Shown here piece after piece: positions 27,561 through 37,368 of a stretch of 64,000 nt of DNA; position 1 is the first letter of the stretch, and every line of letters starts with the position of its first letter. Source of the stretch: an uncultured Alphaproteobacteria bacterium (GTDB lineage Bacteria; Pseudomonadota; Alphaproteobacteria; HIMB59; GCA-002718135); contig CABYHL010000001.1 of assembly GCA_902518895.1 (NCBI GenBank), positions 81,038 through 145,037 of the forward strand, written 5' to 3'. Position numbers and translations under genes: made by a program. The notes beneath the pieces are model-generated. The model ran no database searches. It saw nothing but the letters and a program-made list of their open reading frames with translations, and was not told the DNA's origin.

Positions 27561-28781
27561 ATGAACAATAGTCAAAAAATTTTAATTTCTTTAATAATTA
27601 GTTCATTTTGGGGGTTAATCAGTAATATTGTTTTAGGAGTATTTTTTATTCTTCTTATTGGTAGTACAATTCAATTTAATTATTTTTCTTACATTATTTC
27701 ATCTTCAATAATCACATTATTGATTGTTTTTTATGATAGAAAAAGCCTACAAATTTATATTAGTTTATTTATTTTAACTTTTATATTGATCTTGATTTTT
27801 ACAGGCCTTTCTCCTTATGGTTTAAATATAAATGAAAATAGTTTTTTGCAGATATTATTTTTATTAATCCAATCATTTATAATATTAATAGGCAATATTA
27901 TTTGTCTATCTGGAATCAATAAAATGTCTTTTAATAGATTATTTTTAGAAATTTTATTTCTTAGGGTTTTAAAAGGTTTTGGTTTTACTTTCTTCTTAAC
28001 AATTGTGTTATTTCCATTTTATGTAATGATTTTGATGAGCTTAAAAACTCATCAGTTATTAATTCTTAATCCTCTTGATCTATCAATTGATATTACACGA
28101 GGATTAAATATGTTTAGAAGCTATATCGAACTATTTACTGATTGGGGATTTGGTTATTACTTACTCAATTCATTAATAGTTTCTTTGTCTTCAATTTTTA
28201 TTGCTTTAATTTTTGCAATACCGGGTGCTTATGCAGTTGCAAGATTTAATTTTCCAGGAAAATTATTAATGATTAACTCAATATTATTAATTTATTTAAT
28301 TCCTATGATTACATTGTTAATCCCTTTGTATTCATTTTTTACTTTTATAAACTTAAGAGATTCTTTATTTGGACTAATAATTGTTTATCCTGCTGTTACT
28401 ATTCCCGTGGCAATTTATATGTTACAGGGATATTTTCAAACAATACCACAAGAACTGGAAGAAGCTGGTTTAGTTGATGGGTTATCAAGGACGGGGGTTA
28501 TTTTAAAAATTACTTTACCTTTATCACTTCCAGCAATAGCTTCAGTTTCTTTATTTATTTTTATGGTAGCGTGGAATGAATATTTGTTTGCATATATGTT
28601 TTTAGATACACCAGCTATATTTACACTCCCAAGAGGTTTAGAACAATTAGATGGAACTGAGGTGCCAAGACAGCATTTGATGGCTGGCTCAGTTATTGCA
28701 ACCGTTCCTGTAATAGCAGTCTTTTTGTGGGCTGAAAGATACTTAACTGGAGGATTAACTGCAGGAGGAATTAAAGGATAG
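27561..28781 (+). CDS. ABC transporter permease, MalG type, with about 130-aa N-terminal multi-span extension
   Basis: EAA loop LEEAGLVDGLSRTGVILKITLPL. Roughly four extra hydrophobic segments precede the canonical core. Confidence 0.8.
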   Translation: MNNSQKILISLIISSFWGLISNIVLGVFFILLIGSTIQFNYFSYIISSSIITLLIVFYDRKSLQIYISLFILTFILILIFTGLSPYGLNINENSFLQILFLLIQSFIILIGNIICLSGINKMSFNRLFLEILFLRVLKGFGFTFFLTIVLFPFYVMILMSLKTHQLLILNPLDLSIDITRGLNMFRSYIELFTDWGFGYYLLNSLIVSLSSIFIALIFAIPGAYAVARFNFPGKLLMINSILLIYLIPMITLLIPLYSFFTFINLRDSLFGLIIVYPAVTIPVAIYMLQGYFQTIPQELEEAGLVDGLSRTGVILKITLPLSLPAIASVSLFIFMVAWNEYLFAYMFLDTPAIFTLPRGLEQLDGTEVPRQHLMAGSVIATVPVIAVFLWAERYLTGGLTAGGIKG

Positions 28782-28784
28782 TAT

Positions 28785-29855
28785 TTAACTTAGATCTATC
28801 CATTCATTTTTTTCTGAACTTAAAAAACAACTATCTAAAATTTTTTGAATATCAGCGCCTCTTTTGAAATCAGGTTGATCATTTTTACCAGAAATAATTG
28901 ATGTTATAAATCTTTCATAGTTAGAAGGAGTTGGGTCAGTTTTTACAATTTCCCAATCCAAACTTTTATCATTATTAGGAGATGTGGCATTTATATCAGT
29001 GCAAATTGAGTAGTAATTTCCCTGAGTTATAGGATCATCAAATTTCATAGCTACTGCACCTTTGTCACAATATATCTTTAACTCTAATCTATTAACATTA
29101 CCTGTTGCAAATCTAGTTGAATTTATTGTTCCTATGGCACCATTATCAAATTCTACCATTGAGATAAAAGAGTCATTAGCATCTAAAACATATTCATCAA
29201 TTTTTTCGCCCTTATCTTTAAAGGTTTTAAGTCGACAATTTATTTTTTTAATATTACCAACTGGATACGATGCAAAATCAAATATATGAACACCAAGATC
29301 TCCAAGAACTCCTTTACTGCCATGCTTTTCTGATAATCTCCATAACCATTTTTGTTCCTCTTTCCAATCACCCCAATACTTACATGTTAACCAAGATTGA
29401 TAATAACTAGCATCAACATGTCTGACTTTACCTAATTCATTATTATGCAAAACTTTACTTAAGTTTTGCCACCCAGAGGAATTTCTGTAACTCAGATTAA
29501 CCATATTAATACAGTTTGTATTTGCTGATGCTTTGTACATTTCCTCTGCATCTGGATAGTTTTCTGCTAAAGGTTTTTCTGAAAAAATGTGCTTATTTTT
29601 ATTTAAAGATTTTAACGCAATTTCTTTGTGAAATGAATCAGGGGTTACATTGCTTATTGCATCAAGTTCACACTTATCAAGCATTTCATCAAAAGATGTG
29701 AACGTTTTATCAATATTATATTCTTTAGCAAAATTTAAGACTCTTTCTTCAATGACATCACAAACCGCAACTATTTCTACATCTTGAATATTTTTAAATG
29801 CTGCCGCATGGGCATTGGCCATCCCTCCAGTACCAACAATTGCTAACTTAATCAT
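28785..29855 (-). CDS. Gfo/Idh/MocA family oxidoreductase (ThuB-like by context)
   Basis: MIKLAIVGTGGMANAHA Rossmann start and FSEKP motif. ATGA-type 4-nt overlap with the upstream ThuA-like gene. Confidence 0.8.
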   Translation of the reverse strand: MIKLAIVGTGGMANAHAAAFKNIQDVEIVAVCDVIEERVLNFAKEYNIDKTFTSFDEMLDKCELDAISNVTPDSFHKEIALKSLNKNKHIFSEKPLAENYPDAEEMYKASANTNCINMVNLSYRNSSGWQNLSKVLHNNELGKVRHVDASYYQSWLTCKYWGDWKEEQKWLWRLSEKHGSKGVLGDLGVHIFDFASYPVGNIKKINCRLKTFKDKGEKIDEYVLDANDSFISMVEFDNGAIGTINSTRFATGNVNRLELKIYCDKGAVAMKFDDPITQGNYYSICTDINATSPNNDKSLDWEIVKTDPTPSNYERFITSIISGKNDQPDFKRGADIQKILDSCFLSSEKNEWIDLS

Positions 29856-30637
29856 TTTTTATAATTATGATCTACTTGATAGCCTTTTACTTCAATTGGT
29901 TGAACAGGATCTTTTCTTTCCATGTTATCAATACCTTTTGCTATTCTGTCTATCCACAAACCAGATGTTTTTTCAGGACAAACCCAATGAATAGAATTTT
30001 TAATTACTCTTTGAACATCTTTATTATAATAAACAGGATAAGATTCATGTCCTGGTCTGAAATAAAATATTTTTCCATTTCCTCTTTTGTAACAAAGGCC
30101 AGATCTAAATACCTCTCCTCCTTCAAACCAACTCACAAAAACTGTTTCATCTGGGGCAGGGACCTGAAAAGGCTCACCATACATTTCGGTCATCTCAATT
30201 TCAAAATATTCTCCTAAGCCCTCTGCAATAGGATGACCTGGATTACAAACCCAAACTCTTTCCATTTCACCTCTTTCAGCCCATCTAATATTTGCAGTTG
30301 TACCCATCATTCGTTTAAAAATTTTAGAATGATGTCCTGAATGTAAAACTAAAAGACCCATTCCTTCTAAAACTCTTTGCTGTACTCTATCGACAATTTT
30401 ATCTTCAACCAACTTATGCGCTTTATGACCCCACCAAATTAAAACATCCGTTTTATCTAATAATTCTTCACTTAACCCATGATCTTTTTCTTCTAATGTT
30501 GCAGTTTTAATATTTAGACTTTTATCATCAGATAAAAATTCTTTAATACAACCATGAATTCCTTTTGGATAAATTGATTTTACGTGTTCATCTTCCTGTT
30601 CATGAACAAATTCATTCCATATAACAAGGTTTACCAT
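29852..30637 (-). CDS. ThuA-like (trehalose utilisation protein A family) class-I amidotransferase-fold protein
   Basis: VIWNEFVHE..., DVLIWWGH, LLVLHSGHHSKIF, YFRPGHE pattern typical of ThuA domain proteins. Confidence 0.75.
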   Translation of the reverse strand: MVNLVIWNEFVHEQEDEHVKSIYPKGIHGCIKEFLSDDKSLNIKTATLEEKDHGLSEELLDKTDVLIWWGHKAHKLVEDKIVDRVQQRVLEGMGLLVLHSGHHSKIFKRMMGTTANIRWAERGEMERVWVCNPGHPIAEGLGEYFEIEMTEMYGEPFQVPAPDETVFVSWFEGGEVFRSGLCYKRGNGKIFYFRPGHESYPVYYNKDVQRVIKNSIHWVCPEKTSGLWIDRIAKGIDNMERKDPVQPIEVKGYQVDHNYKK

Positions 30638-30639
30638 TA

Positions 30640-31614
30640 CTACCTTACTCTTCCTCCATGAAATCTGTGACCAAGAATTGCTAGTATAATAATCAATCCA
30701 TTAAAAAATTGTCTCCATACTCCACTCATACCCATAGCTACAACACCAACTTCCATATATGCAATAACGCCAACTCCAAAAACAGCCCCAACTATAGTTC
30801 CAACACCACCCCATGTAGGTGTGCCTCCAATAAATACTGCAGCCAGAGCAAGTAATAAGTAGCCAAATCCTTGTGTTGGCCACCAGGTAAAATTAATTAA
30901 ACATGAAAAAATTCCTGCAAGTGCCGCACCTAAACCAACATACATGAACGCACTAATTCTTACCCAGTTAACATTAATTCCCATTTGTGCAGCTGAGTCT
31001 GGATTATCTCCAACATGATGAATATGGATTCCAAACACATGTTTCCTATAAAGATAATAGGAAAATATTGTAAATAATGCTGCCCAGTAAACTTGCATTG
31101 GTACCCCAAAAAGTTTCCCAACTAACACATCGTAGATCCAGTGATCAGAAATTTCCATAAAAGAAATTGATTTACTATCACTAGCAACAAACAAAAATCC
31201 TCTTATAAAAAATAATGCTCCAAGAGAAGCAACCAAGGATGAAAGGCGTCCGTAAACAACTAAACATCCCATCAGTATTCCAACCACTGCACCAGAGAGT
31301 ATTCCTATAAGAATACATAATAATGGATCAAGTCCTGCCTTTAATAAAAGAGCAAAAATGTATGCTGACAATCCAAAAGTAGAGGCAAAAGACAAGTCTA
31401 TTTCTCCAGCAGTAACTAAAAAAACAAGAGGGATAACCATAAACATAATTACTGGAAGCATTACAAAAACAGATTGATGTAAATTTGGTCTCATCATTAC
31501 TTCTGGAGCACCAATTAGGAAAACCAACATTAAAATTATAAAGTAACCTAAGCTTCCTAATGCTCTTCCATTTTTTCCAATTAAATTTTTAAATGTATTT
31601 TCTTTGGTACTCAT
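30640..31614 (-). CDS. ABC monosaccharide transporter permease, CUT2 (RbsC/FrcC-like)
   Basis: About 10 hydrophobic spans, GEIDLS motif. TAATG overlap with the ATPase gene. Confidence 0.85.
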   Translation of the reverse strand: MSTKENTFKNLIGKNGRALGSLGYFIILMLVFLIGAPEVMMRPNLHQSVFVMLPVIMFMVIPLVFLVTAGEIDLSFASTFGLSAYIFALLLKAGLDPLLCILIGILSGAVVGILMGCLVVYGRLSSLVASLGALFFIRGFLFVASDSKSISFMEISDHWIYDVLVGKLFGVPMQVYWAALFTIFSYYLYRKHVFGIHIHHVGDNPDSAAQMGINVNWVRISAFMYVGLGAALAGIFSCLINFTWWPTQGFGYLLLALAAVFIGGTPTWGGVGTIVGAVFGVGVIAYMEVGVVAMGMSGVWRQFFNGLIIILAILGHRFHGGRVR

Positions 31615-32360
31615 TAATGTTTACTCACTGCATCTTTCATAACTTTCATAAGTGCTTCAGGCCCTTCAATATCATTTTTATTCAATTGATGAACAACTTC
31701 ACCTCTGTCTAAAACAATAAATCTATCAGAGATATCATAGACATGATAAATATTATGACCAATAAATAAAACTGATCTTCCAGATTTTTTAACATTATCT
31801 ACGAAATCAAAAACTTTTTGAGTTTCAATGAGTGAAAGGGCTGTAGTTGGCTCATCCAATACAATTAACTCTGCATTATTATAAATTGCTCTTGCTATTG
31901 CTACTCCTTGTCTTTCACCGCCTGATAAATTACCAACAGGTGATTCAGCATCAATCAGTTTTGATGTAAATCCAATTTCTCTAATTAATTTGTTTGCTTC
32001 TCTTACTTGTTCCTTTTCCCTTATAAAACCAAATCTATGTTTTAATTCTTTACCCATAAAAATATTCCACACTATCGATTGCTGTGGACATAAAGCTCTG
32101 TCTTGAAAAACAGTTTCTATTCCAGCCTCTCTAGCTTTTGAGGCATTCCAATTTTTAACTTCATTTCCTCTAATCATAATTTGACCATCATCTGGAGCAT
32201 GAACACCAACTAACGTTTTAATTAAGGTAGATTTACCAGCTCCATTATCTCCAATTAGCCCAACAACTTCTCCAACATCAACTTTTATTGATGCTTTTTT
32301 TAAAGCTGTGATTCCGCCAAAACTTTTGGAAACATTTTTAAGTTCTATTATTGCGCTCAT
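31614..32360 (-). CDS. ABC monosaccharide transporter ATP-binding protein, single-NBD (FrcA-like)
   Basis: Walker A GDNGAGKST, signature LSGGERQGV, Walker B IVLDEPT. 248 aa. Confidence 0.88.
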   Translation of the reverse strand: MSAIIELKNVSKSFGGITALKKASIKVDVGEVVGLIGDNGAGKSTLIKTLVGVHAPDDGQIMIRGNEVKNWNASKAREAGIETVFQDRALCPQQSIVWNIFMGKELKHRFGFIREKEQVREANKLIREIGFTSKLIDAESPVGNLSGGERQGVAIARAIYNNAELIVLDEPTTALSLIETQKVFDFVDNVKKSGRSVLFIGHNIYHVYDISDRFIVLDRGEVVHQLNKNDIEGPEALMKVMKDAVSKH

Positions 32361-32367
32361 ATATGTA

Positions 32368-32394
32368 GCTGATCTACTTACAGTAGATCAGCTC
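32368..32394 (-). promoter_or_regulatory. Intercistronic 12-bp perfect hairpin between the SBP and ATPase genes
   Basis: AGCTGATCTACT-TAC-AGTAGATCAGCT. Lies 12 nt after the SBP stop and 7 nt before the ATPase ATG. No U-tract. Confidence 0.6.
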
Positions 32395-32406
32395 TGTTTG
32401 ATATCT

Positions 32407-33396
32407 TTATCTTAAACCTGCGTTAGCAAGTTCCATAACTGATTTGTAATTCTCAGTATGTACAAATCCTGCACCAGTATCTTGATTTAATGCCCCAGTT
32501 CCAAGAACTTTCATTTGACATAAAGCAAGTACAGGTAGGTAACCTTGTAAGAATGGTTGCTGATCAGAAGTTAAATGAACATAACCATTTTCAAAAGCCG
32601 TCATGATTTGTGGACTAGTATCAAAGCCGATTTGCAATAATTCTCCTGGACCATATCCAGCAGCTTTAGCATATGCTTCAGCATTTCCTAGTTTCTGACC
32701 ACCATCATGTACAATAATTTTTGTATCAGGATTTGCAGCTAGTGCAGCTGAAAATACAGGGATTGCAAGATTTGGATCAGTTGCTTGTTCTGGAGTACCA
32801 TCTAGAACTACAACGTTCATTCCATGTTCTTCAAAAATTATTCTAGCACCGTCTTCTCTTTGCGCTCTTGAATAATCTCCAATTGGAACCATTACAATAG
32901 CTGTATCACCAGCTTTAAGATCAAATCTTCTAATCGCTTCTCTTGCTAATTCTTTACCTTGAGTTGCAAGATTTGCACCAACGTATCCACCCCCAAAAGC
33001 AGCTCTTACTGCAGGAACATCAACGTTTTGATACATCATTAAGATACCAGCTTCACTAGCCATTTTAGCTAGAGGCATAATTGCATCATCACCAGGGTGA
33101 CCCATCATACCGATACCATCAACGCCAGCACCAATTGCTTCTCTTAGTTGTTGAATCATTCTGTCTGACTGCCATTCTGAATAAAGAATTTCTGCATCAG
33201 CACCAGTATCTCTGATAGCATTTTCCGCACCAGTTTGAACTATTCCTGCGAAACCATCGCCTTCAGCTCCACCAGCAAAGAAGTGAATTCTTACATCACT
33301 ACACCATCCATCACCTAAGTTTTTATCAATAGCATAAACTGAACCACTGAAAGAAAAAACGAAGAGTGTTGATAATAAAATTTTTAATATTTTCAT
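32407..33396 (-). CDS. ABC monosaccharide transporter periplasmic binding protein, CUT2 (RbsB/FrcB-like)
   Basis: Signal peptide MKILKILLSTLFVFSFSGSVYA, type-I PBP-like sequence. GGGAGGA Shine-Dalgarno 4 nt before the ATG. Confidence 0.85.
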   Translation of the reverse strand: MKILKILLSTLFVFSFSGSVYAIDKNLGDGWCSDVRIHFFAGGAEGDGFAGIVQTGAENAIRDTGADAEILYSEWQSDRMIQQLREAIGAGVDGIGMMGHPGDDAIMPLAKMASEAGILMMYQNVDVPAVRAAFGGGYVGANLATQGKELAREAIRRFDLKAGDTAIVMVPIGDYSRAQREDGARIIFEEHGMNVVVLDGTPEQATDPNLAIPVFSAALAANPDTKIIVHDGGQKLGNAEAYAKAAGYGPGELLQIGFDTSPQIMTAFENGYVHLTSDQQPFLQGYLPVLALCQMKVLGTGALNQDTGAGFVHTENYKSVMELANAGLR

Positions 33397-33458
33397 TATT
33401 CCTCCCTTGAATAAATATAATGTAAGTGAATTTAAAAAATTAAATTAGTAATGTCAAC

Positions 33459-34895
33459 CTAGTAGAGTCTTTTACTAATCCTTTTGGTCTGTCCGTGACT
33501 ATACACCCCATCTACGCCACCATCTCTTCCATAACCTGATCTTTTGTAACCACCACCTGGAAGATTATTTCCATCAACAAACCAATCGTTTTGCCAAATT
33601 ATTCCAGCCTGAATTCTATCAGCAGTCCATTTTGCTTTTTGATCATCAGCAGTAAATACTCCGGAAGCAAGACCGTATTTTGTTGAATTAGCTATACTTA
33701 TTGCCTCTTCTTCATCTTCAAAATCAAATATTGATGTTACAGGGCCAAATATTTCTTCCTGAGCAATTGTTGCATCAACTTTAACATTATCAAAAATAGT
33801 TGGTTGGTAAAAATTACCATCTTCTCTCTCAGCTTTATCACCACCTATTGTTAATGTAGCACCTGATTGTACACCAGATTTTACATAGTTTGAAACCCTT
33901 TGCATTTGATCAGTTGAGATTAAAGGTGTTACCTCTGTTCCATCTTCGTCGCCTGCACCTATTTTTAATTTTTGGGTTTTTGCAACAAGCTTTGTCATAT
34001 ACTCATCTTTAATTTTTGGATGAACAATAACTCTAGACATTGCTACACATATTTGACCTGCATTTGGTTTAAAAATTCCTTTAACTGTACTGTCTACAGC
34101 TTTATCAATGTCAGCATCGGGATAGATTATTGCTGCAGACTTTCCTCCTAATTCAAAATGAGTAGGAATAATTCTATCTGCTGTTTCTTTTAGAATTTCA
34201 GATGCAACTTCAGGCGATCCTGTAAAAACAATATAATCACTTCCAGGATGTTGAACCAGTTTTCTTCCAGTTGTTTCTCCATAACCGTGAAGAATATTTA
34301 TAATTCCTTTTGGAACACCAACATCCTCAAAAATTTGACCATAAAAATTAGACGATATAGGACAAAGTTCAGGAGGTTTTATAACTATGGTATTTCCCGC
34401 TATCCAATTCTGCGCAACCATTCCAGAAAATATAGAAACAGGATAATTCCAAGGTACAATTTGAAGCGCAACTCCAAAAGGTTCTAAAACAACATAGTTT
34501 AAAGTATCTTTACCAGATGGAATTAATTTATTTTCTATTTTGTCTGTTAATCCTGCATAAAAATCAAAGGTATCAGCAGCACCTTTGAATTCATCAATAC
34601 ATTGTTTAATCGTTTTACCATTTTCTTGGCTTAAAAGTTTACCACCTTCTTCTTTTCTTTCTCTTAATTTTTGAGCAATGGCTCTCATCATATTTGATTT
34701 ATCTTTTGCATCCATATCGACCAAAATTCTTTTATCGAATGCTTTTTTTGCAGCCTGAAAAGCTAAATCTATTTCTTCATCCAAAGCCTCATCAATATTA
34801 CCAACAATTTTTTGATTAGCCGGATTTAATACAGGAATATTTTTCTTTGAGAGTGAATCAATGAATTTACCATCAATAAAATTTCTTAACTCCAT
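33459..34895 (-). CDS. NAD(P)-dependent aldehyde dehydrogenase
   Basis: ALDH motifs FTGSPEV, HFELGGKSAAII (catalytic Glu region), AGQICVAMSR (catalytic Cys), EEIFGPV. Confidence 0.88.
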   Translation of the reverse strand: MELRNFIDGKFIDSLSKKNIPVLNPANQKIVGNIDEALDEEIDLAFQAAKKAFDKRILVDMDAKDKSNMMRAIAQKLRERKEEGGKLLSQENGKTIKQCIDEFKGAADTFDFYAGLTDKIENKLIPSGKDTLNYVVLEPFGVALQIVPWNYPVSIFSGMVAQNWIAGNTIVIKPPELCPISSNFYGQIFEDVGVPKGIINILHGYGETTGRKLVQHPGSDYIVFTGSPEVASEILKETADRIIPTHFELGGKSAAIIYPDADIDKAVDSTVKGIFKPNAGQICVAMSRVIVHPKIKDEYMTKLVAKTQKLKIGAGDEDGTEVTPLISTDQMQRVSNYVKSGVQSGATLTIGGDKAEREDGNFYQPTIFDNVKVDATIAQEEIFGPVTSIFDFEDEEEAISIANSTKYGLASGVFTADDQKAKWTADRIQAGIIWQNDWFVDGNNLPGGGYKRSGYGRDGGVDGVYSHGQTKRISKRLY

Positions 34896-34941
34896 ATAAA
34901 GATATAGATAAAACTAAAGCTGAAGATGTGTCAAGTATAGT

Positions 34942-35952
34942 TTAATTATTCGGAACTTGAACAGGAATAAAATAGTCTGGATTTTTAGATTTTTTTATTA
35001 CTGCAGGTAAAATTTCTTTATAAGCTTGGTATAGGGTTTGAGGTTTTGGCATTTGATCTTTTATCACTTCATATAATTTAGGAAGATTGTATGAAGGAAT
35101 CATAGGAAACATGTGGTGCTCAATATGGTATTCCATCTTCCAATAAATAAAACTAAAAATCGGATTAAGTCTAACTGATCTTGTTGATAGTCGGTGATCT
35201 TTGGCGTTTTCTTTTAGACCCATATGTTGTGTTACACCCCAGATACCATTAATGCCAAAGAACTTTGGTATTAAAAATAAAAATATTGGCAAAAAGGTAG
35301 AAAAGTAAATTGAGACACCTATTATTGTAATCCATAGAAGAACAAAAATTCTAGAGCTATTTATACAATCATTAATTTTATCTTCTGGGATGCAATCTTC
35401 CATCACATCAGTCCTAATGCCTAAAGCATGTTTAATAATTTCTACATAAAGAGATTTATGAATTGTAAAAAAACCAATTCCAGGAATAAAATTTAAAATA
35501 AAACTTAAAAATGTATGTTTAGCAAAAATACTACCATCAACTTCGTAGTCATGAGGATCAACTGAAGCAGTATAGCTATGATGAAGAGAGTGACTCCACT
35601 TCCATCTAACAGGTTCAAAATTATTCATAAAACTAGCAATGTTATAAAAGAATTTATTTAATCTTCTATTTCTGAAAGCAGTTCCATGACCACACTCGTG
35701 CCAAATAGCATCAGCACCACCCCACATCGTACAGTAGGCCAGGTACACAGGTAAAAACCATAAGCTATGCCATGTATATATCGATAATAAGCCTAGAGAT
35801 CCTAATGAAAGTGAAAAAATAATTATATGTTTCCAGCCCTCAAAATCTGATCTTTTAGAAAGTTTTTTTAGAGTTTTTCTATCTATATTAGCTCTAAACC
35901 ATTCGTCTGATATATTGTTTATACCTGTTTGAATTTTTTTAGTTTCTGACAT
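34942..35952 (-). CDS. Membrane fatty-acid-desaturase-family di-iron enzyme (paralogue 2)
   Basis: His boxes HECGH, HSLHH, HIEHHMFP. Collinear with 22137..23132, including the N-terminal WFRA.I..K.LK.LSKRSD segment. Confidence 0.75.
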   Translation of the reverse strand: MSETKKIQTGINNISDEWFRANIDRKTLKKLSKRSDFEGWKHIIIFSLSLGSLGLLSIYTWHSLWFLPVYLAYCTMWGGADAIWHECGHGTAFRNRRLNKFFYNIASFMNNFEPVRWKWSHSLHHSYTASVDPHDYEVDGSIFAKHTFLSFILNFIPGIGFFTIHKSLYVEIIKHALGIRTDVMEDCIPEDKINDCINSSRIFVLLWITIIGVSIYFSTFLPIFLFLIPKFFGINGIWGVTQHMGLKENAKDHRLSTRSVRLNPIFSFIYWKMEYHIEHHMFPMIPSYNLPKLYEVIKDQMPKPQTLYQAYKEILPAVIKKSKNPDYFIPVQVPNN

Positions 35953-36069
35953 AATAACGATATAAATAATAAAAATTTGAGTTTTTTCCAGTAAAAATCT
36001 CTTATTTATTTTATAACAAATGATAAATATTTAGGTTATTGAGACAGAAATTTTAATAAATCCTGCAAT

Positions 36070-37368
36070 ATGATGAATCTTACAATCGTTGGTACTGGTT
36101 ACGTTGGTTTGGTAACTGGAGCATGTTTTGCTGAATTTGGTTACTCTGTAACATGTATCGATAAAGATAATAATCGTCTCGAGAAGCTTAAATCTGGAAA
36201 GTGCCCATTTTTTGAACCTGGAATGGATGAACTTTTAGACAAGCACATTAATAAAACAAAGTTATTATCCTTTGCTTCTAGTGTAAAAAGTAATCTAGAT
36301 AATACAGATATTATATTTATTACTGTTGGAACACCTACAAGAAGATTGGAGGATGAAGCTGATCTAAGTTTTGTATGGCAAGTTGCAGAAGAAATATCAG
36401 AAAACATAAAAAAATATTGTTTAGTTGTAACTAAATCCACAGTACCAGTTGGAACAACAAGAGAAGTAAAAAAAATTATTTCAAATAAAGTTGATCAAAA
36501 ATTTTTTGATGTTGTTTCTAATCCTGAATTTTTGCGTGAAGGATCTGCAATTGATGATTTCATTAGACCAGATAGAGTTGTGATAGGAACAGATAATCAA
36601 AAATCTGAAAATATAATGAAAGAACTTTATAGACCATTATTTCTCAAAGAAACTCCAATTGTCTCCACATCAATAGAAACTTCAGAAATAATTAAATATG
36701 CATCCAATAGTTTTTTAGCAACTAAAATAGCCTTTATCAATGAAGTTGCTGATTTATGTGAAGTAGTGGGAGCTGACGTTCAGCAAGTAGCACATGCAAT
36801 GGGGATAGATAAACGTATTGGTTCTAAATTTTTAAATGCTGGACCGGGATTTGGAGGATCATGTTTTCCAAAAGATGTAAAAGCATTCTATTCAACAGCT
36901 AAAAAGAAAAATATTGATTTAACTATAATTAATGCGGTGAATAAATCTAATCAAGATCGTATAATTAAAATTGCCAATAAAATTTCTTCAAAAATAAAAA
37001 ATAATTCTACAATTACTTTTCTTGGTTTAAGTTTTAAACCTAATACTGATGATGTAAGAGATTCCACATCAATGAAAATTGCATCAAATCTTTTTGATCA
37101 AGGATTTAAAGTACAGTGTTATGACCCTGAAGCAATGGATAATGCAAAAAGAGAAAATACTAATCTCATTTTTTTTAATTCTGCCTACGAAGCCTGTGAA
37201 GGATCTTCTGCAATAATAATTGGAACAGAATGGAATGAATTCAGAGCTTTAAATTTTAAAAAAATATCAAATTTGTTACAAGAAAAAATAATTTTTGATT
37301 TAAGAAATATTTATATTCCAGAAGATTTAAAAGAAATGGGATTTGAATATTATGGAACAGGTAAATAA
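36070..37368 (+). CDS. ugd: UDP-glucose 6-dehydrogenase
   Basis: IVGTGYVGLV NAD fingerprint, NPEFLREG, GFGGSCFPKD catalytic Cys motif. Confidence 0.9.
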   Translation: MMNLTIVGTGYVGLVTGACFAEFGYSVTCIDKDNNRLEKLKSGKCPFFEPGMDELLDKHINKTKLLSFASSVKSNLDNTDIIFITVGTPTRRLEDEADLSFVWQVAEEISENIKKYCLVVTKSTVPVGTTREVKKIISNKVDQKFFDVVSNPEFLREGSAIDDFIRPDRVVIGTDNQKSENIMKELYRPLFLKETPIVSTSIETSEIIKYASNSFLATKIAFINEVADLCEVVGADVQQVAHAMGIDKRIGSKFLNAGPGFGGSCFPKDVKAFYSTAKKKNIDLTIINAVNKSNQDRIIKIANKISSKIKNNSTITFLGLSFKPNTDDVRDSTSMKIASNLFDQGFKVQCYDPEAMDNAKRENTNLIFFNSAYEACEGSSAIIIGTEWNEFRALNFKKISNLLQEKIIFDLRNIYIPEDLKEMGFEYYGTGK

